A stretch of 64,000 nucleotides of DNA, from the NCBI GenBank assembly GCA_964570665.1, contig CAZMZH010000002.1:365642-429641 (forward strand). The letters are read 5' to 3'. Positions 27,952 through 36,787 of this stretch are shown here, piece after piece (the stretch's first letter is position 1; each line of letters starts with the position of its first letter). Source of the stretch: an uncultured Nitrospinota bacterium (GTDB lineage Bacteria; Nitrospinota; Nitrospinia; Nitrospinales; JAJDAT01). The position numbers and the translations under genes were made by a program. The notes below the pieces were generated by a model that saw nothing but the letters and a program-made list of their open reading frames with translations, made no database searches and was not told the DNA's origin.

Positions 27952-28482
27952 TTATTTAATTAATGTTTTACGCAAGACATTTAAAGAGTTTAGAAGAGTT
28001 ACAGTATGGTTTTCATAATCTAATTCTCCCGAAACCCAATCTTTAAAATCTTGGAATAGAGTCGACCCCGCGTCTCTTATTTGACTTTTTTTAATATCGA
28101 TGACGTCTAATACCGAACTGGCAAGTATTCCGGCACGGATATCCTCGTTTTCTAATATCATTATTCGATTATTTGCGTTTCTTTCCTCAGAAGGTAATCC
28201 TAAAAAGTCTCCAATCTCTATAACCGATTCAATTTCTCCTCGGATATTTACTAATCCCAATATGTGTTTAGGCGCAGTTGGAACAGGGTTGATCTTCTTA
28301 ATAGGAATAATTTCAGAAACGTCTAAACCCTTTAAAGCAAAATAAGCTCCTCGGATTTCAAATATCACTAAAATTATTAGCGGTTCTTTAATTAATCCCG
28401 CGATTCCTTTTTTCTCACGGATTTTCTTGATCCGTTTAACAATTTTTGAGGTTTTTTCTTTTGGATTTTGATTCGACTCCAT
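27952..28482 (-). CDS. cheW: CheW paralog (third CheW-like gene in the window)
   Basis: 176 aa, clearly similar to the CheW at 18555 (ILGLVNIRGEIESVIEIGDFLGL ... ILASSVLDVIDI). Basic N-terminal extension. Lies 30 bp downstream of the caspase gene. Confidence 0.85.
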   Translation of the reverse strand: MESNQNPKEKTSKIVKRIKKIREKKGIAGLIKEPLIILVIFEIRGAYFALKGLDVSEIIPIKKINPVPTAPKHILGLVNIRGEIESVIEIGDFLGLPSEERNANNRIMILENEDIRAGILASSVLDVIDIKKSQIRDAGSTLFQDFKDWVSGELDYENHTVTLLNSLNVLRKTLIK

Positions 28483-28512
28483 CTATGCCTCTTTTATCGT
28501 GATAAAGCGCGT

Positions 28513-29964
28513 TCAATCTTCAATAAATAATTTCCAAGTGTAATCTGGGGTTGCCGATAATAAATCCATAGAAAGCTTTAAAATGTCCCCTTTTCGGAAA
28601 CATGGCTTTGACTCCAAATAAGAATCTTTGGGAATTCCATCTTTATCATAAAAAGTAAGCCGAATACCAGGCCTTCCTTTTATAAACCATCCCGATCCAG
28701 ATTCAGTTTTACATAATAATCGCACGTTTAAACATTTATGGGTACCGCATTCTGTTTCTTCAACCTTTAATACCTGTACGGCTTTATTCGCAGGAAGTTT
28801 CAAATTATATTTTATAGGATTTTGTAATTTTTTTCGAATTTCAAGCCGAGTCAATTGATTTATGCGTTCTGTTTTTTCGCGGCCTTGCTTTACGGATGCA
28901 ATTTTTTCTTGAAGTTCAAGTTTTAATAAAGCTAATTCTTGAAGTAGTTTTTCTTGTTTTTTTAGTTCTTCCTTTTGACTTACTTCAAGATTATGTTTTT
29001 TTTTCTTTAAATTTTTCGTTAAGTCAACCACACGATCGGAAATAGAAATTGGAAAAACAAAATCTCCTTGATCTAGGACGGCGTCTCGTAATTTCCCATA
29101 TTGTGGAACTTGACTACCTTTAGAATAATTGGTAACTGCATTTTCTAAAAATTGTCCCAACTCAGACCCAGTAATATAACCATCTCGATTTAAGTCGCCA
29201 TCGCCATTAAAAGCGCGAACGAATTGTCTCCGAAAAATGCTTTCGTCTGGAACTGATTGATTGGCTCGACCGGCGGCAATAAATTGTCGAACTGGTTTTC
29301 CAGTTTTTTCTTTTATAATCTGCGGGATTCCACGGCTAGTGGCGAATATAGACCCGGCAAAACAACTGTCGAATATAAACAATGCGTGCTTAGATTGAAT
29401 TGCTCTTGCGTATACCTCTATATTTTGCATGCTCATGGCTTTGCGTAAAAAGCCTCTTTTATCCGTATTTGGATTCGGAGTGTCTCTTGGAACAATAAAG
29501 CCCATTTCTGTTCCTCCATATTGAGGAACTAATGTGTATCCATGACCTGCAAAATAAAATAGTAGTCTATTTCCCTCGGCAAGACCATATCGGTCTACAA
29601 AGCTATCAAAGGCTTGATTTAGCTTTTCGCGTGTCGGATCTATAACAGTTTCAACTGAAAATCCTAATATTTCAAGAACTTCTTTTACCGATGCGATGTC
29701 TGAAATGACTCCAGGTAAGGCAGGCCATAAGCCTTTGTAGTCGCTTACCCCAATTAACAGCGCGTGACTTTCGTTGTATAAGCCAATAGTCGCTCCTTCT
29801 CCATCAATAATTGGGATGGGGATAATTCCTCGATCTAAAGGATCGCTCTGCTTACTTAAGTTTTGAGATTTTGATAAGCTGGATGGGATTTGTTCCAAAT
29901 TAGGCCCAGCGCATCCTAAAGAACAGATTAAGAAAGCGGCGGAAATTTGGAGCGGCAATTTCAT
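28513..29964 (-). CDS. Caspase-family (peptidase C14) lipoprotein with EF-hand-like loop, coiled coil and Cys-containing C-terminal domain
   Basis: Start moved to the ATG at 29964 (MKLPLQISAAFLICSLG|C lipobox). HALLIGVSDY, catalytic His in LFYFAGHG and Cys in IFDSCFAGS. The 12-residue loop DLNRDGYITGSE (29161-29196) fits the EF-hand pattern. A K/E/L/Q-rich coiled coil is followed by ~100 aa with 4 Cys. Confidence 0.85.
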   Translation of the reverse strand: MKLPLQISAAFLICSLGCAGPNLEQIPSSLSKSQNLSKQSDPLDRGIIPIPIIDGEGATIGLYNESHALLIGVSDYKGLWPALPGVISDIASVKEVLEILGFSVETVIDPTREKLNQAFDSFVDRYGLAEGNRLLFYFAGHGYTLVPQYGGTEMGFIVPRDTPNPNTDKRGFLRKAMSMQNIEVYARAIQSKHALFIFDSCFAGSIFATSRGIPQIIKEKTGKPVRQFIAAGRANQSVPDESIFRRQFVRAFNGDGDLNRDGYITGSELGQFLENAVTNYSKGSQVPQYGKLRDAVLDQGDFVFPISISDRVVDLTKNLKKKKHNLEVSQKEELKKQEKLLQELALLKLELQEKIASVKQGREKTERINQLTRLEIRKKLQNPIKYNLKLPANKAVQVLKVEETECGTHKCLNVRLLCKTESGSGWFIKGRPGIRLTFYDKDGIPKDSYLESKPCFRKGDILKLSMDLLSATPDYTWKLFIED

Positions 29965-30034
29965 TGGTCTAAGATAAAAAGTTTTTCTACATGATATCTT
30001 GAATTTATTTAAAACCCCAAGAGGTTTATAAAAA

Positions 30035-31123
30035 TTAATGAAATCCAAATATGGGTTCGGTAAGGTTTTGCAGATAAGGAGTATTTTCTAAAGCTTCGGC
30101 CCCAATCGCGCTGATTTTATTTTCTTCTAAAGTGAGCGTTTTCAGTTGTGCTGAATTTGGAGATTTGGCAATAGCGCTTGCGCCTTCGTCTCCAATAAAG
30201 TTGTAGTTTAAATCAAGATTTTCTAGTTTTTTTAAATTTTGTGATTTGGATATTACTATCGCTCCTATATCTCCAATTTTATTGTTGGATAATTTTAAAG
30301 ACTTTAATTGAGAAAAAGCTGGAGAATTTGCGATTTGAGTAATAGCTGCATCGGTTAGGTCGTTATAGGCTAAATTCAATTTAACTAATTGGGAAGCGAA
30401 AGGAGTTTCTAATAGGGCCTCAATTCCTATATCGCCAATGTACTGATTTTCCAAATTACTTAAAGTTCCTTTTTTTTGCATGTCGGAGAATTTAACTTTG
30501 TGCTCAAACTTTAAGAGCGCCTTCTTTCCACTCGATTCAATAGGATTGTATGAAAGATATAATTTTATCAAATTATTTAGTTTGTTTGAGGAAGTTACTT
30601 TAAGAGTTCCGTCGGCGCCAATGTTGTTATAACTTAGGTTTAGTTCTTTTAGCGCAGACATGTTATTCGAATTGGCCAAAAGCGTAGCGCCTTTATCGCT
30701 AATATTATTCCGGTATAAACTTAGCGATTTTAACTTCGAAAAAATTGGCGATTGGGCAATCGCGCTAACTCCGATGTCAGTAATGTTATTGTTGCCTAGC
30801 TCAAGGGTTTGTAGCCCTGTTAACTTATTTGATGTAGCTAATTCCTTGAGACCTTCGTCGCCAATTCCTGTGTCGTATAAAATCAAAGTGTCGAGGTCTT
30901 TAAGTAAAGACGACTGAGATAAAAATTTTGCGCCTTCTATTCCTATTAGTTTTGATTTAATTCTTAACGTATGTTTATTTCTTCTAATCTTTTTCTTAAC
31001 GTATTTTTCTAATTTTTCAATAGTTACTGGCGCCGATGCTCCGAAAGAAAATAAGCAACATATTAAAATCCAAGCCCAGGATTTTACTTGCAAAGTGGTT
31101 TTTTTACCTTTTTGTATAATCAT
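30035..31123 (-). CDS. Secreted leucine-rich-repeat protein, ribonuclease-inhibitor (RNI/NLR) type repeats
   Basis: Signal peptide (WAWILICCLFSFGASA|P), then about ten ~24-25-aa repeats L..L.L..N.IGD.GA..IA.S... Its ATG directly abuts the stop of the upstream LRR gene (TAAATG). Confidence 0.85.
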   Translation of the reverse strand: MIIQKGKKTTLQVKSWAWILICCLFSFGASAPVTIEKLEKYVKKKIRRNKHTLRIKSKLIGIEGAKFLSQSSLLKDLDTLILYDTGIGDEGLKELATSNKLTGLQTLELGNNNITDIGVSAIAQSPIFSKLKSLSLYRNNISDKGATLLANSNNMSALKELNLSYNNIGADGTLKVTSSNKLNNLIKLYLSYNPIESSGKKALLKFEHKVKFSDMQKKGTLSNLENQYIGDIGIEALLETPFASQLVKLNLAYNDLTDAAITQIANSPAFSQLKSLKLSNNKIGDIGAIVISKSQNLKKLENLDLNYNFIGDEGASAIAKSPNSAQLKTLTLEENKISAIGAEALENTPYLQNLTEPIFGFH

Positions 31124-32134
31124 TTAATTTTCTTGACGTCCTTCCAATTCTCGACCCGACAAAACTTCTCCTGGATCAAAGGGGAAAATAGTATTAGTCA
31201 AGTTTTTTAAATAGGGCGATTCTTTTATTAGTTGAATACCTTTGTCGCCTACTTCATTTCCCCAGATTTCCAAAATCGACAAGGATTTGAGATGAGCAGA
31301 TTTGGATAAATCCTTTGCTCCTTGAAGGACAAATCCATTCCATTGTAGATTCAATTTTTTTAGTTTGGAAAAAGCTTTTGTGTTTGCTAAATGTCGAATT
31401 CCTTCGTTGCCTAGTTTGTTTTGCCTCAAATTTAGTTCAATTAAGCCGTTAATCTTAGCGGATGTTTTCCAATGTTTTATTCCTTTAGGGCCTATATTAT
31501 TTTTCGAAACGTCTAGTATTCTTAAATTAGGCAAATTAGAAGATTCTGCAATCGCGGCAATTCCTTCGTTTCCAATGTGGTTGTCCCCTAATAATAATAC
31601 CTTTAGAGAATTAAATTTTGCTTTTGCAATTGCTTTTGCTCCATCGGAACCAATTTGGTTTCCAGAAAGATCCAGAAATTCTAATCGCGTCAGGTTTTGC
31701 GACTTAGCGATTCCATCGACGATTCCTTTATCTCCAATTTTATTACCCCAGAGATTTAAATAAGTTAATATTTTTACATTATTAGAAAAAGCCAAAGCAA
31801 TTGCGCCATCTGATCCAATATTATTATGGAATAAGTCTAGCGATTTAAGGTTAGTGAGATAAGGAGAATCCGCTAAATTTTGTGCGCCTTGATCGGTTAT
31901 CTCGTGGGTTTGTAGACGGAGAGTTTTCACATGGCGTATCATTTTTGATTGAGCTAAAGCTTTTATCCCTGAATCTTTTAGAATTCCACTTCCTCCCATA
32001 TCCAAATGAGTATTGTTTTTGGTTAAATCGTTAAATATAAATTGATTAACGTCAAATGCATGGGTTAAGAGAGGAAATACGGTAAAACATGTAAAAAAGA
32101 AGCACGCTGCTTTAACTTCTTTAATTTTTCTCAT
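31124..32134 (-). CDS. Secreted leucine-rich-repeat protein, RNI/NLR type repeats
   Basis: Signal peptide (ACFFFTCFTVFPLLTHA|F), then about ten repeats such as LKSLDLFHNNIGSDGAIALAFS and LEFLDLSGNQIGSDGAKAIAKA. Confidence 0.85.
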   Translation of the reverse strand: MRKIKEVKAACFFFTCFTVFPLLTHAFDVNQFIFNDLTKNNTHLDMGGSGILKDSGIKALAQSKMIRHVKTLRLQTHEITDQGAQNLADSPYLTNLKSLDLFHNNIGSDGAIALAFSNNVKILTYLNLWGNKIGDKGIVDGIAKSQNLTRLEFLDLSGNQIGSDGAKAIAKAKFNSLKVLLLGDNHIGNEGIAAIAESSNLPNLRILDVSKNNIGPKGIKHWKTSAKINGLIELNLRQNKLGNEGIRHLANTKAFSKLKKLNLQWNGFVLQGAKDLSKSAHLKSLSILEIWGNEVGDKGIQLIKESPYLKNLTNTIFPFDPGEVLSGRELEGRQEN

Positions 32135-32154
32135 ATTATTTTGATCTTTGAGGA

Positions 32155-34308
32155 TTAAGGGAAATTGTGGACTATAAGGTTTACTTCCAAACCATCTTGC
32201 AAATAACCAAAGTTAGCGATACCGGCAATTGTGGTTACAATACCTTGAGGGTCTATTTTTCTAATTCGATTATTTCCTCGATCAGTGACATAGAGATTGC
32301 CCATTGAGTCAAATGCCATATCGCGAGGATTTTGAAAATTGGCTTTAACGGCAAGACCGCCGTCGCCTGAAAAACCGCCGTCGCCAGTACCCGCGACTGG
32401 AATAATTTGACCTTTTTTATCAATTTTCCTGATGCGATGCGTTTGTTGTTCGCAAATGTATAGTTCGTTGTCAGGGGATATCGCTAAGGCTCCCGGAGAC
32501 CGAATGCCTGCCGAAATAGCGGGACCATAGTCGCCATGATCTCTAAAATCCCCGTTACCTGCAATGATTTCAACTTTATTATTAGAGTTGATTTTGTATA
32601 TTTTCCCAACGCCGGAATCTGATACATATATGTTATTTGCGGAATCAATTGCTATTCCATTAGGATGAATATCGCCGGGCAAGGCATCCCAAGCTTTTTC
32701 TGCTACTTTTGATATGATTCCATTGGTGGCTATTTTTCGGATAAATCGATTAGATCTGTCCGCTATATATAGTTCATCCTCAGTACCCACCGCAATCGCT
32801 CTTATAGTTACAAATGAAGCGTCTAAAGCTTGGCCTTCGTCCCCGCCGGTTCCAGCCAAGGCATTTCCAGCAAAAGGCTTTATTTGCCCCTTCGAATCAA
32901 TATTTATGATGCGCCAGCCGTTACCATTTCTTTCAACGGCATATATGTCTCCATTGTTTCCTCTAGCGACAAAATTTGGCCTTAATAAAGAAGTTTCAAG
33001 CGCTAGTCCTGAGGTCCCGCTTGAGCTAGCCTTGCCAGTTCCTGCAAAGGCATGAATATTCCCGTCGGCGTCAATTTTTCGCAACCTGTTTTGCATTTGG
33101 TCTGCGAATATAATTTCATTTTTTTCGTTGAAGGTTATCCCTGAAGGACCTTCAAGTGTTGCTCCGAGCGCGGGTCCTCCATCTCCTTTCAATAAAGATT
33201 TTCCATTCCCGGCAATGGTTTTGACACGACCAGAAAGAAAATCGACTTTTCGAATTCGGAAATGGGATCTATCCACCACGAGTAGGCTTTTTTGATCTGA
33301 TCCAATAGCCAAAGAAAATGGTAAATGTAAATTGGATTGAGAAGCGACGCCTTGATCGCCGTTATAATGAGTTAATCCTGTTCCCATAAATGTAGTTATA
33401 ATTCCATCAGGGTCTACTTTTCGAACGCGATTATTATTGCGATCGGCAATATAAATATTGCCTTTATTATCTGCGGCAACATCGGTAGGGAAAGCTAAAT
33501 CTCCTTGATTTGCGGGTCCATAATCTCCTCGAATGGCAAAAAGACCTGTTCCGGCAACAGTATAGACGGTTCCATCCGGATCAATTTTTCGGATGCGGTT
33601 ATTCCCACGATCTGCAACAAATAAATTACCTTGGTTGTCGAATGTAAGCCCAAAGGGGAATTTAAAAAAAGCTTCGTCGGCAGGACCGAAATCTCCTCCA
33701 TAACTAGGAACTCCCATTCCTGCATAGGTAGTAATTATTCCATTAGTATCTACCTTTCGGATACGGTTATTGGACCGATCTGAAATATAAATTTGTCCAG
33801 ACTTATCGATGGCTACATCAGATGGGAAATGAAGGCTGGTTTCAGTTGCCTTCATGTTATCTCCCGAATAATCTGGAATTCCATTACCGGCAATTGTTGT
33901 AATAATTCCATCTGGATCAATCTTTCGTACACGATGGTTATTACGATCGGCTATGTAGAGATTTCCTGTTGAATCAAAAGCTAAGCCAGCTGGAAAGTTT
34001 AGCGATGCATTGATTGCTGGTCCTTCATCTCCCGAAAATCCTGCGCGCCCATTACCCGAAATAGTGGTTACTATTCCGTTTTGATCAATTTTTCGAATTC
34101 TATTTTGAGAACGATGGGAAATATAAATATTTCCTTTTGGGCCGATAGCAATACCGTCAACCAAAGTAAAAATTACAGAAGTGGCTTTTTGCCCATCGCC
34201 TATTTTTTTGTAGGGAAATGAGTCCGCCGAAAAAGCTTTGAAAGGAACCCCAAGCGCAAGAAGCCCAATTATTACGGCTAGTTTTCTAAAATAAATTAAG
34301 TTTTGCAT
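32155..34308 (-). CDS. Secreted NHL-repeat protein, about 12 blades (two six-bladed beta-propellers)
   Basis: Signal peptide (AVIIGLLALGVPFKAFSA|D). Twelve recognisable repeats of the form P.G.A.D..GN.YIADR.NNRIRKID.DG.ITT.AG.G..G.SGD.GPA. Confidence 0.9.
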   Translation of the reverse strand: MQNLIYFRKLAVIIGLLALGVPFKAFSADSFPYKKIGDGQKATSVIFTLVDGIAIGPKGNIYISHRSQNRIRKIDQNGIVTTISGNGRAGFSGDEGPAINASLNFPAGLAFDSTGNLYIADRNNHRVRKIDPDGIITTIAGNGIPDYSGDNMKATETSLHFPSDVAIDKSGQIYISDRSNNRIRKVDTNGIITTYAGMGVPSYGGDFGPADEAFFKFPFGLTFDNQGNLFVADRGNNRIRKIDPDGTVYTVAGTGLFAIRGDYGPANQGDLAFPTDVAADNKGNIYIADRNNNRVRKVDPDGIITTFMGTGLTHYNGDQGVASQSNLHLPFSLAIGSDQKSLLVVDRSHFRIRKVDFLSGRVKTIAGNGKSLLKGDGGPALGATLEGPSGITFNEKNEIIFADQMQNRLRKIDADGNIHAFAGTGKASSSGTSGLALETSLLRPNFVARGNNGDIYAVERNGNGWRIINIDSKGQIKPFAGNALAGTGGDEGQALDASFVTIRAIAVGTEDELYIADRSNRFIRKIATNGIISKVAEKAWDALPGDIHPNGIAIDSANNIYVSDSGVGKIYKINSNNKVEIIAGNGDFRDHGDYGPAISAGIRSPGALAISPDNELYICEQQTHRIRKIDKKGQIIPVAGTGDGGFSGDGGLAVKANFQNPRDMAFDSMGNLYVTDRGNNRIRKIDPQGIVTTIAGIANFGYLQDGLEVNLIVHNFP

Positions 34309-34358
34309 AATCCAGTTTTAAGAATTTATAAACCTTATATTCTATTGCTAATTGACCA

Positions 34359-34385
34359 AAATTCTAAAGCAAAATTTTAGAATTT
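34359..34385. repeat. Inverted repeat AAATTCTAAA-N7-TTTAGAATTT upstream of the NHL/LRR/caspase gene run (function unknown)
   Basis: Read directly. 10-bp perfect arms with a 7-nt spacer, 51-77 bp upstream of the NHL gene start at 34308 on the minus strand. Confidence 0.45.
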
Positions 34386-34454
34386 ATATAAAACGGAAAA
34401 TAACGAGAGGATTCAATATATTATTGAATAGGTATAGAAATTTCTGTCTCTTTG

Positions 34455-36743
34455 CTAGCTTTTAGAATTGAAGGTGCTTCGATTATATTCTTCTAATGCT
34501 TGTTTGTTTTGCTTTATCGAAAGAGTGGGTAAAAGTGGTTTTCTTTCCAAGGACCCATATTGGAGCTGGAATTGATTGAAAGTGGCCAACTTTTCCTTAT
34601 ATTCGTCTGTTTTTTTATCTGCGTTTTTTAAATAATGTTTTAGGTGGATTGCGAACATAAAAGGCGAGTTTTCTACTTTTAAATAATAATCAGATAACAT
34701 TCTATGAATATAAGGGTTGTTAGGAGCAATCAATAACCCTGAATAAAGAGTATCAATGGCTTTTTGAGGTTGATTTAATTTACCCAATGCTACACCGAGT
34801 TCTAAATATAATGATGCGTCTGTTGTGTTCCATAGATTTAATTTTGAATAGCTATTAATTACTTTTTCCCAACGGTGATTTAAAAAATGACTTCTTGCAT
34901 TATTTTTTTCTGAATTAAATTGATTTTGTTTTTCTTTAATTAAAGTCATTAATCGATCTAACTCAATTTTTAAAGCCGCTACTTTGATCTTGTCCGATTC
35001 TAATTTAAGCCAGCGTTGAATTATGCATATTTTTATTGCTTGATTCCTGTTGGTTTGATCGAAAAGTTTCGCCAGTAAAGTAAATATTTTTGGATCTTCC
35101 ATTTCCATAAGCGAGCCTATAACTAAAGTGCGAAACTCCTTAGATTGGTCTCCAGTTTTTTGATAAATCATTGATAGGATTTTAAATGGAAGAGGGTGGA
35201 ATGGGTTTATCTCAAATGCGAGATTTGCAATTTTTGCGGCTTCTATCAGTTGATCGTTTTTTAAAAGGGCTGCCGAGTAAACATCGTAAACTGTCGATAA
35301 TAGAACGGACCCTTTGTTATGCTGTGTGTCGATATTTATTTCATCATTCCAAAGCTTTGAAGCAATGATTTCTATTTTGTTGAGATTAAAAGTCCTGGCG
35401 TTTTTAAAATAAGCAATGCCCATTTGGAAATAATCGGAGATTCGGATTTTCCCTTCCGGAGTGGGATATGTTTTCATAACTAGGCTCAATATTAAAACGC
35501 ATATTAATACGGGAATGCCTTGGGACCACTTTTTATGTTTAAGTTTTTTTGAAATCCAATAAATAGCATAGGCAGAAAATATTGCTAGAAATGGAATTAC
35601 AGGTAATCGAAATCTTGAAGTTGCGTAAAATGGCAGAAACATTAATAAGTGCGTAAAAAAGTAAGCATGTAATAATGTCCATTGTCTTTTTTTCTTTTTT
35701 GTTAAAATAATTCCTACGATTCCAAACGATCCAAAAAAAGCAAAGGGAATTGAACTCCATTGGAGAATGGGAGAAATCTCCTGGAAAAGGTAAAAGTTTA
35801 AAGTTGTGGGGGCTTCATAGTTGTTGAATAGAAAAAATATTTTTCTTAAATACAATTCAAGAAAACTTTTTGGATTTTCCCACGCGTTTTGAATTAAAAA
35901 ATTTATGGTTGAAGTGGTAGTTAAGGGATTGTCTTTGATAAAATTATTAAATATTGGGGAATGACGATAACCGCGCCCTGGATAATCGGGTGTATTCGAC
36001 ATGAGCAAAGTTTCGGGTCCCCCTTGATCGTAAAATACCAAGTGATTATGTACTAGATACCCCCTATAAAGTAGAGGTGTGGAAAATAAGATGAAAACGA
36101 TTGTGAATAATCCAATTAAAGTTTTTCTATTTTCAACTTGATTTTGGAGAGCCCTCCAAATGAAAAAAAAGCCAACGGGAATTAATAGCAAATTGTTCGA
36201 TCTGCATTGCATGACTAAAGATAATAGAGTGGCGCTTAAAGCGATTCGGGCCACAGTTGGTTTATAAGAGGCCCAAAGGATTCCATAGCAGGAGAAGACC
36301 GTTAAAAAGGTTGTCAAAGAAGCGCGATATAGCGATCCTTCATAAAGCCAATTAGGTCCATAAAAAGTAAACAATAGAGCGGCAAGGAGTCCAACGATAG
36401 GTTTAAAAAAATAATTTGATATTTTATATATTAAAAGCGCCGACACGGTTCCTAATAAAAATTGGGTGAGCCATACTGCCTTATACGTTTCGCCAAAGAG
36501 CAAATAAATTACTCCAAGAAAATACTTGTAAAGCGGAGAAAAAACGTCTGATTGGTCAGGGTCTTTGGCTAGAAAATTTCCATTGGCAAACTCTTTTCCT
36601 CCTTTATCAAAGATATCTTGATCCCAGGCTTGTGGCACAAAGTCAAAGAAGGGATTGTTCTGAAATTGGAAATAATAGGCGATTCGAACGGCGAGAGATA
36701 ATACGATAATAATTAAAGGAAAAAATCGGGACGGAATCGACAT
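34455..36743 (-). CDS. Putative GT-C fold membrane glycosyltransferase (GT39/ArnT/PMT-like) fused to a C-terminal TPR domain
   Basis: 762 aa. About 11 TM helices in the first ~430 aa with an acidic first loop (AWDQDIFDKG), then a soluble helical-repeat (TPR-like) half. The family call is by architecture only. Confidence 0.6.
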   Translation of the reverse strand: MSIPSRFFPLIIIVLSLAVRIAYYFQFQNNPFFDFVPQAWDQDIFDKGGKEFANGNFLAKDPDQSDVFSPLYKYFLGVIYLLFGETYKAVWLTQFLLGTVSALLIYKISNYFFKPIVGLLAALLFTFYGPNWLYEGSLYRASLTTFLTVFSCYGILWASYKPTVARIALSATLLSLVMQCRSNNLLLIPVGFFFIWRALQNQVENRKTLIGLFTIVFILFSTPLLYRGYLVHNHLVFYDQGGPETLLMSNTPDYPGRGYRHSPIFNNFIKDNPLTTTSTINFLIQNAWENPKSFLELYLRKIFFLFNNYEAPTTLNFYLFQEISPILQWSSIPFAFFGSFGIVGIILTKKKKRQWTLLHAYFFTHLLMFLPFYATSRFRLPVIPFLAIFSAYAIYWISKKLKHKKWSQGIPVLICVLILSLVMKTYPTPEGKIRISDYFQMGIAYFKNARTFNLNKIEIIASKLWNDEINIDTQHNKGSVLLSTVYDVYSAALLKNDQLIEAAKIANLAFEINPFHPLPFKILSMIYQKTGDQSKEFRTLVIGSLMEMEDPKIFTLLAKLFDQTNRNQAIKICIIQRWLKLESDKIKVAALKIELDRLMTLIKEKQNQFNSEKNNARSHFLNHRWEKVINSYSKLNLWNTTDASLYLELGVALGKLNQPQKAIDTLYSGLLIAPNNPYIHRMLSDYYLKVENSPFMFAIHLKHYLKNADKKTDEYKEKLATFNQFQLQYGSLERKPLLPTLSIKQNKQALEEYNRSTFNSKS

Positions 36744-36787
36744 TTCATAAAAAGCGCAAGAATGCGTTTAGGAAAATAAAGAGCGTT

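Noticed and set aside
29965-30048. Longer caspase ORF start at 30048 (MDFINFYKPLGVLNKF...).
   Set aside because: It would overlap the upstream LRR gene by 14 nt and bury the lipoprotein signal peptide. The ATG at 29964 gives a canonical lipobox N-terminus.
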